Notes: generated by a model from the letters alone, not told the origin. Shown: positions 1-10,413, counted from the stretch's first letter. The stretch: 64,000 nucleotides of DNA from Candidatus Aminicenantes bacterium (GCA_963702005.1 OY969696.1:800001-864000), one strand, 5' to 3'. Made by a program: numbers and translations.

Positions 1-824
1 CCGCAGTCACAGCGGACCGAATGGAAGGTGTCGCCGGTCAGGCATTGGGAGTGGGCCCGGACCAGGATCGGCTCGTCCCCGCGGAGCTCGCCCTTGACCA
101 GGGCGACATGGTGCTCCTTGTGGATGGCGTCCTCGAAGACGGCGATCCGGAAATGGCCGAATTGGGTCGGCAGGTCGGCCTCGTCGATCCGCTGGACCAG
201 CGTCTCGGTCTTCATCCGGTACTTGATGAGGTCGGCGATGGTCAGGACCGGTATCCGGTGCTGCAGGCTGAAGGCTTCGAGCTGGGGCGTCCGGGCCATC
301 GTCCCGTCCTCGTTCATGATCTCGCAGATGACGCCGGCGGGCGTGAGGCCGGCCATCCGGGCCAGGTCGACGGCCGCCTCGGTCTGGCCGGCGCGCGACA
401 GCACGCCGCCCTCGCGGGCCTGGAGGGGGAAGACGTGGCCGGGCCGGGCCAGGTCGGCCGGCCGGGTGGCGGGGTCGAGGGCGGCCTGGACGGTCCGGGC
501 GCGGTCGTGGGCCGAGATCCCCGTCGAGATCCCCTCCCGGGCGTCGATGGAAACGGTGAAGGCCGTTTCGAAGCGGGCCGTATTCTGGGCGACCATGAGC
601 GGGAGCTGGAGCTCTTCGAGGCGCTTCCGGGTCATCGGCAGGCAGATCAGCCCCCGGCCGTGCTTGGTCATGAAGTTGACGGTGTCGGGGGTGATTTTCT
701 CGGCCGCGATCATGAGGTCGCCCTCGTTCTCGCGGTCCTCGTCGTCGACGATGATGATCAGCCGGCCGTCGCGGACGGCCTGGACGGCCTCCTCGACGGA
801 AGCGGTTCGGAACGTATCGGACAT
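1..824 (-). CDS. ribBA: Bifunctional DHBP synthase / GTP cyclohydrolase II (5' part; runs off window start)
   Basis: Read by hand from ATG at 824: [14 protein letters not shown]...[14 protein letters not shown]...GLICLPM...RPGHVFPL...[15 protein letters not shown]...[11 protein letters not shown]...RCDC. Not in the ORF track because it is open at the edge. Confidence 0.95.
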   Translation of the reverse strand, partial: MSDTFRTASVEEAVQAVRDGRLIIIVDDEDRENEGDLMIAAEKITPDTVNFMTKHGRGLICLPMTRKRLEELQLPLMVAQNTARFETAFTVSIDAREGISTGISAHDRARTVQAALDPATRPADLARPGHVFPLQAREGGVLSRAGQTEAAVDLARMAGLTPAGVICEIMNEDGTMARTPQLEAFSLQHRIPVLTIADLIKYRMKTETLVQRIDEADLPTQFGHFRIAVFEDAIHKEHHVALVKGELRGDEPILVRAHSQCLTGDTFHSVRCDC

Positions 825-857
825 GGAGCCTCTCGCCAAGCCGCCCGATCCTTCGGG

Positions 858-1448
858 TCAGCGGGGATTTCGAAGCAAATAATTATACACGTATTTGCCG
901 AGGATGTCACATTCGATGTTGACGGAATCGCCCGGCCGGACCCGGCCCAGCGTCGTCCGCTCCGTCGTCAGAGGGATGAGCTCGACCTCGAAGGACGAGT
1001 GTTTGAGCTCGGCCACGGTCAGGCTGGCTCCGTTCACGGCAACCGAGCCCTTTGGGACGAGGTAGGGCCGGAGCTCGGGGGGGAGGGCGATCTCGAGACG
1101 ACGCCCCGGCCGCTTGTCCGAGGCGCTTAGGACCCGGGCCGTCCCGTCAATGTGGCCGGTCACGAGATGGCCGCTGAGGAAGGTCTCGGACGTGACCGGA
1201 AGCTCGAGGTTGATGCCGTCCCCGGGACGGAGCGAGCCGAGGGTCGTCTTGCGGACCGTTTCCTGGGACAGGTTGAAAACGAGGACGGTCTTATCCTTGC
1301 GGACAACGGTCAGGCATGCGCCGTCGACGGCGACGCTGTCCCCCGCTTCGACCCGGCCCGCCAGCTCTCCGGCCTCGACGGCCATCTCCTGGCGGCCTTG
1401 CTTGAAGCCCTTGAAGGTTCCCGTCCGGGCGATGATTCCCGTGAACAT
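858..1448 (-). CDS. ribE: Riboflavin synthase (alpha chain)
   Basis: Starts MFTGII; GDSVAVDGACLTV, GHLVTGHIDG, VNIECD; sits between ribD and ribBA. Confidence 0.95.
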   Translation of the reverse strand: MFTGIIARTGTFKGFKQGRQEMAVEAGELAGRVEAGDSVAVDGACLTVVRKDKTVLVFNLSQETVRKTTLGSLRPGDGINLELPVTSETFLSGHLVTGHIDGTARVLSASDKRPGRRLEIALPPELRPYLVPKGSVAVNGASLTVAELKHSSFEVELIPLTTERTTLGRVRPGDSVNIECDILGKYVYNYLLRNPR

Positions 1449-2548
1449 CAGAAGTATCCCTCCATGACGATGTCCGGTCCGGCCCGGAACGAGCGCAGGC
1501 TCGAAAGGGCCAGGGACTCTTTGATGGACGCGACGCCGGCGCCGTCGCCCAGGGAGGGCGCGTCCCGGCCTCCGATGATAAGAGGAGCGACAAAAAGAAT
1601 GATTTTATCGCCCAGCCGGTCTTCCAGAAACGAGCCGAGGACCCGGCTTCCGCCCTCGACGAGTAAGCTTGCGACCTCCCTGGACCCGAGAACGGCCAGG
1701 GCTTCATCCAGGTCGACCCTGTCCCGGCGGCTCCGGACCGGAATGACTTCGGCGCCCGCCCGTTCGAGGGCCTTTGTCTTCGCGGCCGGCGGGTCGGGTC
1801 CGGTCAGGATCCAGAGTTTCCCTTTCGTGAGTGTCTTGAGAAGCCTAGCCCGGAGCGGGAAGCGCAGCCGGCAGTCGAGGATGACGCGGACGATGGTCTT
1901 GCCCTTCCAGGCCGGGTGGCGGACCGTGAGCTTCGGGTCGTCCCGGAGGACGGTGTTGACGCCGACCAGGACCGCGTCGGATTCGCCGCGCAGGAGGTGG
2001 GCATAAGCCCTGGATTCGGGCGAGGAGATCCACCGGCTGTCCCGGGTTCGGGTCGCGATCTTCCCGTCGAGGCTGGCGGCCGCCTTGAGGGTCACGAAGG
2101 GGAGCTTCCGGGTGATGTACTTGATATAAGCCTCGTTGAGCCGCCGGTTCCTGTCCTGGAGGAGGCCGACCGAGACTTCGATCCCGGCCTTCCGCAGCCG
2201 GTGCACCCCCTTGGCGTACACGAGCGGATTGGGGTCCAAGGATGAAACAACGACTCTGCGGAGCCCGGCGCGGAGGACGGTGTCGATGCAGGGCGGCGTC
2301 CGTCCCCAATGGACGCAGGGTTCGAGGGTCAGGTACAGGGTCGCGCCCCGCGCCTTCCGTCCGGCTCGCTCGAGGGCGATGATCTCGGCGTGGGGCTTTC
2401 CGGGCCGTTCATGGGTCCCGTGGCCGACGACCCTCCCGTCCTTGACGATGACGGCGCCGACATTCGGGTTGGGGCTCGTCCAGCCGCGGGCCTTCTCGGC
2501 CAGCCCGTAGGCCATTTCGAGGTAGGCGAGGTCGCGGTCGTCCTTCAT
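1448..2548 (-). CDS. ribD: Riboflavin biosynthesis deaminase/reductase
   Basis: TSPNPNVGAV, PHAE, TLEPCVHWGRTPPC, SLDGKIA, LLVEGG motifs. Confidence 0.96.
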   Translation of the reverse strand: MKDDRDLAYLEMAYGLAEKARGWTSPNPNVGAVIVKDGRVVGHGTHERPGKPHAEIIALERAGRKARGATLYLTLEPCVHWGRTPPCIDTVLRAGLRRVVVSSLDPNPLVYAKGVHRLRKAGIEVSVGLLQDRNRRLNEAYIKYITRKLPFVTLKAAASLDGKIATRTRDSRWISSPESRAYAHLLRGESDAVLVGVNTVLRDDPKLTVRHPAWKGKTIVRVILDCRLRFPLRARLLKTLTKGKLWILTGPDPPAAKTKALERAGAEVIPVRSRRDRVDLDEALAVLGSREVASLLVEGGSRVLGSFLEDRLGDKIILFVAPLIIGGRDAPSLGDGAGVASIKESLALSSLRSFRAGPDIVMEGYF

Positions 2549-3438
2549 GAGAACAGCGAGTCCGTGAAATTCCCGGGATCGAATTCGAGCCAGTCCTCCT
2601 CGCTCTCGCCGACCCCGACGAGTTTGATGGGGAGGTCGAGCTCCTCGACGATGGCCAGGGCGCTCCCGCCCTTGGCCGTTCCGTCGAGCTTGGTCAGGAA
2701 GATGCCGGTGATCCCCGAGACTTTGAGGAATTCTTTGGCCTGAAACAGGGCGTTCTGCCCGGTCGTCGAATCGAGGACGAGCAGGATCTCCTGGGGGGCG
2801 CCGGGGATCTCGCGGCCGATGACCCGCTTAATCTTCTCGAGCTCGGCCATCAGGTTGGCGTTGGTGTGGACGCGTCCGGCCGTGTCCACGATCAGGACGT
2901 CGAGCCCCTGGGCCTTGAACGACTGAAGTGCGTCGAAGACGACCGAGGAGGGATCGGCCCCATAGCCGCCCCGGATGACGGGGAGGCGGAGCCTCTTGGC
3001 CCACAGGACGAGTTGTTCCTGGGCGGCGGCCCGGAAAGTATCGGCGGCGACGAGCATGACCCGCTTGCCCTCGCCCTTGAGGCGGGAGGCGAGCTTGGCT
3101 ACCGAGGTTGTCTTCCCGCCGCCGTTGACGCCGACGACCATGACGACGGCGGGGCTGGAATCGACGGCGAGCCCGACCGGACGCTTGGAGAGGAGGGCGG
3201 TGATCTCCTCCTTGAGGAGGCCGGACAGCGCGGAGGCCGAATCCGTCTTTTTGCTCTTCCTGCGGATGGCATCGAGGATCTTGTTTGTGGTTGCCGGACC
3301 GACGTCGGCCATGATCAAGACCTCGGCCAGCTCCTCGAGGATCTCGTCGCGGGGATGGCCGCTCTTGAAGAGATCGTCCAGCTTCCCCCGGAAGGCGTCC
3401 CGGGTATGGGCCAATTTATCTCTGAGGCTTCCCAACAC
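2545..3438 (-). CDS. ftsY: Signal recognition particle receptor FtsY
   Basis: GVNGGGKTT, DTFRAAA, DTAGR, TKLDGTAKGG. GTG start at 3438 chosen because it lies just below a sigma70 promoter. Confidence 0.95.
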   Translation of the reverse strand: MLGSLRDKLAHTRDAFRGKLDDLFKSGHPRDEILEELAEVLIMADVGPATTNKILDAIRRKSKKTDSASALSGLLKEEITALLSKRPVGLAVDSSPAVVMVVGVNGGGKTTSVAKLASRLKGEGKRVMLVAADTFRAAAQEQLVLWAKRLRLPVIRGGYGADPSSVVFDALQSFKAQGLDVLIVDTAGRVHTNANLMAELEKIKRVIGREIPGAPQEILLVLDSTTGQNALFQAKEFLKVSGITGIFLTKLDGTAKGGSALAIVEELDLPIKLVGVGESEEDWLEFDPGNFTDSLFS

Positions 3439-3447
3439 GGCAGGGCC

Positions 3448-3477
3448 ATTATAGGGGGCCGCCCCGAGAGAAGTCAA
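3448..3477 (-). promoter_or_regulatory. sigma70-type promoter of the ftsY-rib operon
   Basis: TTGACT-18 nt-TATAAT on the minus strand, 9 nt above the GTG start. Confidence 0.7.
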
Positions 3478-3584
3478 CGCGCGGGGTCGGCTCAATAGTC
3501 GTTGCCGCTTTCGGCCGCCGCAAAGGAACGGAGGGGTTCTAAGATTTGTGAAGGGGATCGGTTGTATGTTACATTGAACATCCG

Positions 3585-5279
3585 ATGAAAGATGCGATCT
3601 GGATTAATCCGGCCGAGGATGAGGCCGGCCGTCGCCTTGCCGCCGAGCTGGGCCTCCCCGAGGCGATCGGCCGGGTTCTGGTCCGGCGCGGCATCGCCGA
3701 CGCCGCGGCCGCCCAGCGCTTCCTCTACGGGACGCTCGAGGACCTCCATGATCCGTACCTAATGGCCGGGATGAGGGACGCCGTCGGCCGGATCAAGCGG
3801 GCCGTCGGCCTCAAGGAAAAGATCCTCATCTTCGGCGATTACGACGTGGACGGGGTGCTCTCGGTCGTCATGCTCCTCAAGGCCCTCCGCTCGATGGGCG
3901 CCGAGGCCGATTACTTCATCCCCGACCGGCTGCGGGAAGGCTACGGCATCAAAAAGGAGCATGCCGAGATCATCGCCCAGCGGGGCGTCCGTCTGGTGAT
4001 CAGCGTTGACTGCGGCATCAAGGCCGTCGAATTCAGCGAGCGGGCTCGGGAAATGGGCGCCGACGTTATTATCACCGACCATCACCGTCCGGGCGATGCT
4101 CTGCCTCGGGCCCTGGCCGTCCTCAACCCCGTCCTCGACGGCTCGGGTTATCCCGATAAATTTCTGGCCGGCGTCGGGGTTGTCTTTAAGCTCATCCAGG
4201 CTCTTTGGGAGGGCGGTCCCCAAGGGTCCGATGGGCTCCAATACTATCTCAAGCCCGTCGCCATCGGGACCGTCGCCGACGTGGCGCCCCTAAAGGGAGA
4301 GAACCGCATCCTGGTCCGGCACGGCCTTGATGGATTGGCGGACATCTCCAACACCGGTCTGCGCAAGCTCATCGAAGCCTGCGGGATCGGGAGGCGCCGG
4401 ATCAACGAGGGTGACATCGGGTTCCGGATCGGCCCCCGGATCAACGCGGCCGGCCGGATGGGGGACGCCGACCTGGCCGTCCGGCTCTTCTTCGCCCCGG
4501 AAGCGGAAGCGTCGGAGATCGTCGCCCGGCTCGAACGGCTCAACACCCGGCGCCAGGCCGAGGAAGACAAGATCTTCAAGGAGGCCGTCCGCAAGATCGA
4601 TGAGCGCGGCCTGGACGGGCGCTACAAGTTCCTCGTCTTGGGGAGCCCCGGCTGGCACCGGGGCATCATCGGGATCGTAGCCTCCAAGCTCAAGGACCAC
4701 TACCATCGGCCGGTCCTGCTCCTTTCTTACGAGGACGGCAAAGCTCACGGCTCGGGCCGGAGCATCAGCGAGTTTCCCCTCATCGAGTGCCTGGACGAGT
4801 GCCGAGAATTTTTCCAGAGCTATGGCGGCCATCCGATGGCCGTGGGTTGCGTCCTCGATTCCTCCCGGCTCCCCCAGTTCAAGGCCGCCGTCAACGCGAT
4901 CGCTTCGGCCCGGATCTCGGACGATGACCTGAAGCGGAAAGTCCGGATCGATGCCCGGCTGGCACTGGCCGAGGTCGGCGAATCGTTCCTGGAGCATTAC
5001 CGGCGCCTTCTTCCGTTCGGCGTCGGGAACCCGAGGCCGATCTTCCTCTCCGAAGAAGTCGAGGTCGCGAGCCCGCCCCAGATCCTCAAGAAGAAACACC
5101 TTAAATTCCAGGCCCGGCAGGGCGACGCCAGCTTGGAAGCGCTGGCCTGGGGCAAGGCGGATTGGGCTCCCCGGCTCAGCCCCCGGCGGCGCGTCGACCT
5201 CGTCTATTCGTTCTATTTCTCGGAGTTCCTGGGAGAGGAAACGGTCAGCCTCAGCCTCGAGGACATGAAGGAGCGATAG
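3585..5279 (+). CDS. recJ: Single-stranded DNA exonuclease RecJ
   Basis: GDYDVDG, VDCG, TDHH, GPRINAAGR, GSGRS, GGH, PFGVGNP motifs. Confidence 0.96.
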   Translation: MKDAIWINPAEDEAGRRLAAELGLPEAIGRVLVRRGIADAAAAQRFLYGTLEDLHDPYLMAGMRDAVGRIKRAVGLKEKILIFGDYDVDGVLSVVMLLKALRSMGAEADYFIPDRLREGYGIKKEHAEIIAQRGVRLVISVDCGIKAVEFSERAREMGADVIITDHHRPGDALPRALAVLNPVLDGSGYPDKFLAGVGVVFKLIQALWEGGPQGSDGLQYYLKPVAIGTVADVAPLKGENRILVRHGLDGLADISNTGLRKLIEACGIGRRRINEGDIGFRIGPRINAAGRMGDADLAVRLFFAPEAEASEIVARLERLNTRRQAEEDKIFKEAVRKIDERGLDGRYKFLVLGSPGWHRGIIGIVASKLKDHYHRPVLLLSYEDGKAHGSGRSISEFPLIECLDECREFFQSYGGHPMAVGCVLDSSRLPQFKAAVNAIASARISDDDLKRKVRIDARLALAEVGESFLEHYRRLLPFGVGNPRPIFLSEEVEVASPPQILKKKHLKFQARQGDASLEALAWGKADWAPRLSPRRRVDLVYSFYFSEFLGEETVSLSLEDMKER

Positions 5280-5288
5280 GGGGCGGGG

Positions 5289-7151
5289 GTGAGAGGCCGG
5301 CGCCGATTTCCGCTGGCCAAGACGGCCAGGACGGTCATCGTCATCGCCCTGGCCGGCGTCTGCCTGGTCATCGCGTTTTATTTCCTGGCCCGCTGGCGGG
5401 GCCAGCCCCGGATCGATGTCTCGGATCGGAAGATCCCGTCCCAGAAGGTCGAGAGCCAGGACAAAGTCCGGCATTTCGTCTATAAGGCCGAAAAGGGCAG
5501 CCTCGAGCTCAACGCGGACCTGAACTCGCTCGGCCCCGACGGGCTCTTCCATCTTAAAGGGAACGTCGAGGTCGTCCGCTTCGGCCCCAAGGAACAGCCG
5601 CCCATCACGATCCGGTCTGAGGAGGCCTCCTACGACAAGGATCTCCTCCGGATCAAGTTCAAGGGCAACGTCAGCGTCCATTATCAGGACACGGACATTC
5701 GGACCTCGCAGTTCGAATACGTCAAGGACGGCGCGATCCTCAGGACCGACCAGGGCGTCAATTTCGAGACCCGCAAGGGAAAGGGCTCGGCTCAGCGGGT
5801 GTCCTACTGGGTCAACGAAGACCGGCTCCTCTTCAAGGACAAGGTCGTGCTCGACGCCAAGACGGACAAGGGCGGGCCGGAAACCTTGCATATCGAGGGA
5901 GACGCCCTCGAGTACGACAGGAGGTCCAAGCGCGGAATCGTCAGGGACAACGTAACCCTCCGGATGGGGCGAAGCCGGGCTTCGGCCGGACGGCTGAGCT
6001 TCGAGCTTTCCGGGACCGAAGAGCGATTCCGGACCTTGACCCTGGAGGAGAACGTCGTTGCCGTCGTCGTCCAGGAAGGGAGCCCCGCCGAGCGGTCCAT
6101 CGAAGCCGGGCGGCTCTTTCTCCGGGCCTTCACGGACATGGACCAGGTTCGGAGCATGGAAGCGAAGGGAAAGTGCCGGGCCGTGGTCCCCTTCGCGTCG
6201 GGGGTCCCGGCCGAAATCAAGGCGCCCGAGATCAAAGCCGGCTTCGATAAGGCCGGCCTCCTCAAGAAGCTGAGCGCGAAGGGGTCCGTCCAGGTCGTCG
6301 AGAAGGCGGCCGAGCCGGGCGGCGAGCGGACGATCTCCGGGGATGTCCTGACCGTCAACGGGAAAAAAGAGACCATGGTCTTTTCCCCGGCCGCCAAGAA
6401 AAAAGACAGGTCGAGGATGGTTTCCGCCCAGGCGGAGCTCGAGGCCGAGACGATCGCCGTCGACTACGGGAGCGGCGACATGAAGGCCGAGGGCGAGGTC
6501 AAGGCCATCCTCCAGCCGGGAAGCGGCGGCAAGGTGCCGACCGGCCTGTTCGCCGGCCGGGAGCCCGTCTTTGTTTCGACGGCACGAATGAGATACGGCA
6601 AGGACGCCAAACGTTCCCTATATGAAGGGGAAGCCCGCCTCTGGCAAGGCAAGCAGATTGTCCAGGCCGATTCCATCCAGGTCCTCGAGGACAAGGGAAG
6701 CTTGGAGGGACGGGGCAAGGTCAAGTCCCAGTTCTGGCACAGGCCCAAGGACAGCCAGACCGAGGAGAAAGTGGAGGTGTCCGGAGACAGCATCGAATTT
6801 CATCCCGAGGAGCGGAAGGTCTTTTTCAGGAAGGGCTGCGTCCTCAAGGCTCGGGACGCCGTTCTCGAGGCCGATACGATCACGATGGATCTCGCCGAGG
6901 GGTCGGCCGACATGACGATGATCGTCGCCAAGGGGTCGGTCAAGATCCGGCAGGGCACCTGGGAAGGGCAGGGGGGACGGGCCGAGTTCGCGGTCCCCGA
7001 GGAGACCGTGGTCCTCCTCGAAAACCCCGTCCTGATCGACAAGGACAAGGGCGAGACGCGGGGGGACAAATTGACATTTCAGCTGGCCGATGGTAGAATC
7101 CTGATCGAGAATAGGAGGCGGGATCGATCGGTCACGGTTATCAAGTCGTGA
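5289..7151 (+). CDS. LPS transport periplasmic bridge protein (long LptC/LptA-like fusion with repeated OstA beta-jellyroll segments)
   Basis: Single N-terminal TM followed by repeated GNV/G.V jellyroll motifs; ends with the LptA-like GDKLTF...GRI; directly upstream of lptB. Confidence 0.8.
   Translation: MRGRRRFPLAKTARTVIVIALAGVCLVIAFYFLARWRGQPRIDVSDRKIPSQKVESQDKVRHFVYKAEKGSLELNADLNSLGPDGLFHLKGNVEVVRFGPKEQPPITIRSEEASYDKDLLRIKFKGNVSVHYQDTDIRTSQFEYVKDGAILRTDQGVNFETRKGKGSAQRVSYWVNEDRLLFKDKVVLDAKTDKGGPETLHIEGDALEYDRRSKRGIVRDNVTLRMGRSRASAGRLSFELSGTEERFRTLTLEENVVAVVVQEGSPAERSIEAGRLFLRAFTDMDQVRSMEAKGKCRAVVPFASGVPAEIKAPEIKAGFDKAGLLKKLSAKGSVQVVEKAAEPGGERTISGDVLTVNGKKETMVFSPAAKKKDRSRMVSAQAELEAETIAVDYGSGDMKAEGEVKAILQPGSGGKVPTGLFAGREPVFVSTARMRYGKDAKRSLYEGEARLWQGKQIVQADSIQVLEDKGSLEGRGKVKSQFWHRPKDSQTEEKVEVSGDSIEFHPEERKVFFRKGCVLKARDAVLEADTITMDLAEGSADMTMIVAKGSVKIRQGTWEGQGGRAEFAVPEETVVLLENPVLIDKDKGETRGDKLTFQLADGRILIENRRRDRSVTVIKS
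7071..7099 (+). promoter_or_regulatory. Internal sigma70 promoter for lptB-rpoN-PTS genes
   Basis: TTGACA-17 nt-TAGAAT with extended TG, inside the 3' end of the lptC/A gene. Confidence 0.7.
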
Positions 7152-7154
7152 GAC

Positions 7155-7883
7155 ATGAGAGACGGTCTGAAAGCGGTCGGTCTTGAAAAGAGCTATCGGC
7201 GCAAAAAAGTCGTCAACGGCGTTACGGTCGAGATAAAAAGGGGGGAGATCGTCGGACTTCTCGGCCCGAACGGGGCGGGGAAAACGACGACGTTTTCCAT
7301 GATTTTAGGGCTCGTTCCTCAGGACGCCGGCCGAATTTTCCTCGACGGCGAGGACATCACGGAACTTCCCATGTACCTCCGGGCCCAGAGGGGGATTTGT
7401 CTCCTTCCCCAGGAGCCTTCCTCGTTCCGGCGGCTGAGCGTTGAGGATAACCTGATGGCCATCCTGGAGGTCCTTCCCGGCGAGGAGGGAGCGCCGGCCG
7501 GCGAGGTCGGGGCCGTCCTCGAGGAGTTCGGCTTGGCCCGGCTGGCCCGGGCCAAGGCTTACACTCTTTCGGGAGGGGAGCGGCGCCGCCTGGAGATCGC
7601 CCGGGCCATGATCACCGGTCCCGAATTCATCCTCCTCGACGAGCCGTTTACCGGGATCGATCCCCTCGCCATCAACGACCTTCAAGAGATCATCCTGTCT
7701 TTGAAGGAGAAGGGGCTCGGCCTTCTCGTGACCGATCACAGTGTCCGCGAGACCCTCAAGATCGCGGACCGTGGCTATATCATCAGCGGAGGAACCATCA
7801 TCCAACACGGCCTGCCCGATGATCTGGTCGCCTCGGCCCAGGTCCGGAAAAACTACCTGGGAGAAGGATTTTCACTCGATTGA
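7155..7883 (+). CDS. lptB: LPS export ABC transporter ATP-binding protein
   Basis: GPNGAGKTT, LSGGERRRLEIAR, LLDEPFTGIDP, YLGEGF end. Confidence 0.95.
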   Translation: MRDGLKAVGLEKSYRRKKVVNGVTVEIKRGEIVGLLGPNGAGKTTTFSMILGLVPQDAGRIFLDGEDITELPMYLRAQRGICLLPQEPSSFRRLSVEDNLMAILEVLPGEEGAPAGEVGAVLEEFGLARLARAKAYTLSGGERRRLEIARAMITGPEFILLDEPFTGIDPLAINDLQEIILSLKEKGLGLLVTDHSVRETLKIADRGYIISGGTIIQHGLPDDLVASAQVRKNYLGEGFSLD

Positions 7884-7911
7884 CCTCCCCGGCAGAGCGG
7901 AGGAGAGCACG

Positions 7912-9399
7912 GTGCTGAAACAGAGGCTCGACCAGCGACAGGTTCAAAGGCTGATCCTGGCGCCCGCCCTTCAACAGGCCATCAAGCTCCTTCCCCTGAC
8001 CAACCTCGAGCTGATCGAGGTCATCGACAGCGAGCTCGCCCAGAATCCGATGCTCGAGACGGAGGAATTCGAAGCCCCCCCGGAGAAGAAGAGCCGCCAA
8101 GTCGACCTTAAAACGCCGGCCGCTTCCAATGAGACCCAAGCCGGCGAGAAGGGAGAGACTCCCGCCGCCGGGGAGGCGGCCGGCCAGCCCGAGGCCGGAG
8201 GAGAGGATCTCGGGCAGGAGATATCGTTCCAAGATTACCTGGATTCCGGACTTAGCTCCTACGGCGGCGAGAAGAGGGACATCCCCTCGATCGAGAACAC
8301 GCTAACTAAAAAAACCTCGCTCTGGGACCACCTGAACTGGCAGGCGAACCTGACCTTTTTTGACGGCCGGGAGAAGGAGGTCGCCCAGCTCATCATCGGC
8401 AACATCAACGAGGAAGGCTACCTGACGGCAACGCTCGAGGAGATCGCCTCGCTGGCCCGGACCGACATCGAAACGGTCGAGCGGATCCGGCAGGAGATCC
8501 TCTTCTTCGATCCGGTCGGGGCCGGCAGCCTCAACCTCCAGGAGGCCCTCCTCGTCCAGATGGACCATCTTCGAATCCGCGATCCGGTCACCCTGGACAT
8601 CGTCGCCAAACACCTCTCCCTGCTCGAGAAGTCGGATTTCAGCGGCCTGGCCAAGGCGCTGGGGCTCGGTTTGGCCGACATCAAGCGCCATGTCGACGTC
8701 ATCAAGAGCCTCGACCCGGCGCCCGGCTCCAAGTACAGCCAGGAACGGACGTTCTACGTCGTCCCCGATATCATCGTCTCCAAGGAAGATGACGAGCTCA
8801 AGATCGTCCTCAACGACCAGGGCATGCCCCGGCTGCGGATCAGCCGCTACTACCGGAAGCTCTTGGCCGAGGCCGCCAAGGACACCGAGGCCCACCAATA
8901 CCTCAAGGACAAGATGAAGAAGGCCATCTGGTTCCTGCGCAGCCTCGAACAGCGGGATCAGACGGTCGCCAAGGTCGCCCGCTTCATCGTCAACAAACAG
9001 AAGGACTTCCTGGAGAACGGCCTCGATTTCATTAAGCCGCTGACCTTGATGGAAATCGCGCGGGAGATCGGCGTTCACGAATCGACGGTCGGCCGGGTCG
9101 TCGCCAATAAGCATATGCTGACGCCGCGCGGCGTCTTCCCCCTGAAATATTTCTTCCACAAGTCCCTGGTCGGGGATTTCGGCGAGGAGGTCTCGTCCCT
9201 CAAGATCAAGGACCGGATCCGCAAGCTCGTCGAGAACGAGGACCGGACCCGCCCCCTGAGCGACGACGAGATCGTCGCCATCCTGGTCAAAGAGAATCTT
9301 CGGATCGCGCGGCGGACCGTCGCCAAGTACCGGAAACAGCTCCGGATTCAGCCGTCCCACATCCGGAAGCGCAAATTCATGATGGAGGGCACCCCATGA
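7912..9399 (+). CDS. rpoN: RNA polymerase sigma-54 factor
   Basis: Q/L-rich region I, HESTVGR, RpoN box ARRTVAKYR. GTG start at 7912 follows AGGAG. Confidence 0.96.
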   Translation: MLKQRLDQRQVQRLILAPALQQAIKLLPLTNLELIEVIDSELAQNPMLETEEFEAPPEKKSRQVDLKTPAASNETQAGEKGETPAAGEAAGQPEAGGEDLGQEISFQDYLDSGLSSYGGEKRDIPSIENTLTKKTSLWDHLNWQANLTFFDGREKEVAQLIIGNINEEGYLTATLEEIASLARTDIETVERIRQEILFFDPVGAGSLNLQEALLVQMDHLRIRDPVTLDIVAKHLSLLEKSDFSGLAKALGLGLADIKRHVDVIKSLDPAPGSKYSQERTFYVVPDIIVSKEDDELKIVLNDQGMPRLRISRYYRKLLAEAAKDTEAHQYLKDKMKKAIWFLRSLEQRDQTVAKVARFIVNKQKDFLENGLDFIKPLTLMEIAREIGVHESTVGRVVANKHMLTPRGVFPLKYFFHKSLVGDFGEEVSSLKIKDRIRKLVENEDRTRPLSDDEIVAILVKENLRIARRTVAKYRKQLRIQPSHIRKRKFMMEGTP

Positions 9400-9920
9400 A
9401 CATCCACTTCACGGCCCGGCAGACCGAGGTGACGCCCGAGGTCCGGGAGTTTTGCGAGAAGAGACTCCGCGCCTTGGAAAACCTGCTGGGTTCCGTGCTG
9501 GAGGTCGACCTGATCCTGTCCGTCGAGAAGTACCGGCAGCGGGTCGAGCTCAACGTCAAGGGAAAGGGGCCGAGCCTCATCCTGACCGAGGAGACCGAGG
9601 ATATGTTCTCGTCCCTCCATCGGGTCTTCGACCGCTTGGAGTCCAAGCTCAAAAAGGAGCGGGCCAAGTTCCGCGAGCAGAAACGGCGCAAGGGCCGCGA
9701 GCGGAAGGAACTGGGCGCGCCCGAGGAGCGGGCCGAAGCGGGGCGGCGGGTCTTGCGCAGCCCCTTCTTCTCCCCCAAGCCGATGTCCATCGAGGAGGCC
9801 GCCATCCAGTTCGAGCTCAAGAAGAAAGAGGTCCTTGTCTTCCGCGAGCTCGGCTCCGAGAAATGGGCCGTCCTGTTCAAGCGCAAGGACGGGAACATCG
9901 GCCTCGTCCAGCCCGAATGA
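9396..9920 (+). CDS. hpf: Ribosome hibernation promoting factor (long HPF)
   Basis: S30AE-like N-terminus plus C-terminal KPMSIEEA...VFR...V.FKRKDGNIGLV domain; follows rpoN. Confidence 0.9.
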   Translation: MNIHFTARQTEVTPEVREFCEKRLRALENLLGSVLEVDLILSVEKYRQRVELNVKGKGPSLILTEETEDMFSSLHRVFDRLESKLKKERAKFREQKRRKGRERKELGAPEERAEAGRRVLRSPFFSPKPMSIEEAAIQFELKKKEVLVFRELGSEKWAVLFKRKDGNIGLVQPE

Positions 9921-9936
9921 AAGGAATCGGGCGGGT

Positions 9937-10413
9937 ATGGCCCTCAAGCTCCACGGTCTTCTCTCCGAAGAGCTTATCTTGCCGACCCTGGAAGCCCGGG
10001 AGCGGGAGGGCATTTTGAAGGAGATGGCGGCCGTCCTCAAGGCGAAGGGGCGTGTCGCCAAGGACCGGGAGCTCGCCGAGCGGCTCGCCCAGCGGGAACG
10101 GCTGGGAAGCACGGCCATCGGCCGGGGCATCGCCATCCCCCACTGCAAAGGGAGCTGGGTCAAGGAGCCCCTGGTTCTGCTGGCCGTGTCCCGGACGGGG
10201 GCCCCGTTCGACGCGGCCGACGGCAAGCCGGCCTACCTGTTTTTTCTGGTCGTCACGCCGCCCGAGGATCCGGCCCTCAACCTTCAGATCCTGGCCGCGG
10301 TCGCCCGCCTCGCCCGGCGATCGCGGAGCCTCCTCAAGCGGATCTTGACGGTCGAGACGGCCCTGGAGATCCTGGAGATCGTCCGTGAAGAAGAAGAAAA
10401 ACTCGCGGCCTAA
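9937..10413 (+). CDS. ptsN: PTS EIIA (Ntr/fructose family)
   Basis: RERLGSTAIGRGIAIPH phospho-His motif; FDAADGKP. Confidence 0.88.
   Translation: MALKLHGLLSEELILPTLEAREREGILKEMAAVLKAKGRVAKDRELAERLAQRERLGSTAIGRGIAIPHCKGSWVKEPLVLLAVSRTGAPFDAADGKPAYLFFLVVTPPEDPALNLQILAAVARLARRSRSLLKRILTVETALEILEIVREEEEKLAA

Noticed and set aside
21-1130. Long plus-strand ORFs opposite ribBA/ribE, and similar shadow ORFs such as 4290-5891, 15252-16817, 25427-27652, 29939-31729 and 31769-33985
   Set aside because: They are antisense to well-supported genes, have no recognisable motifs, and are expected from GC-rich codon bias.
2545-3584. FMN riboswitch for the rib genes
   Set aside because: ribD overlaps ftsY and the promoter sits 9 nt above ftsY, leaving no leader; no RFN motifs seen.
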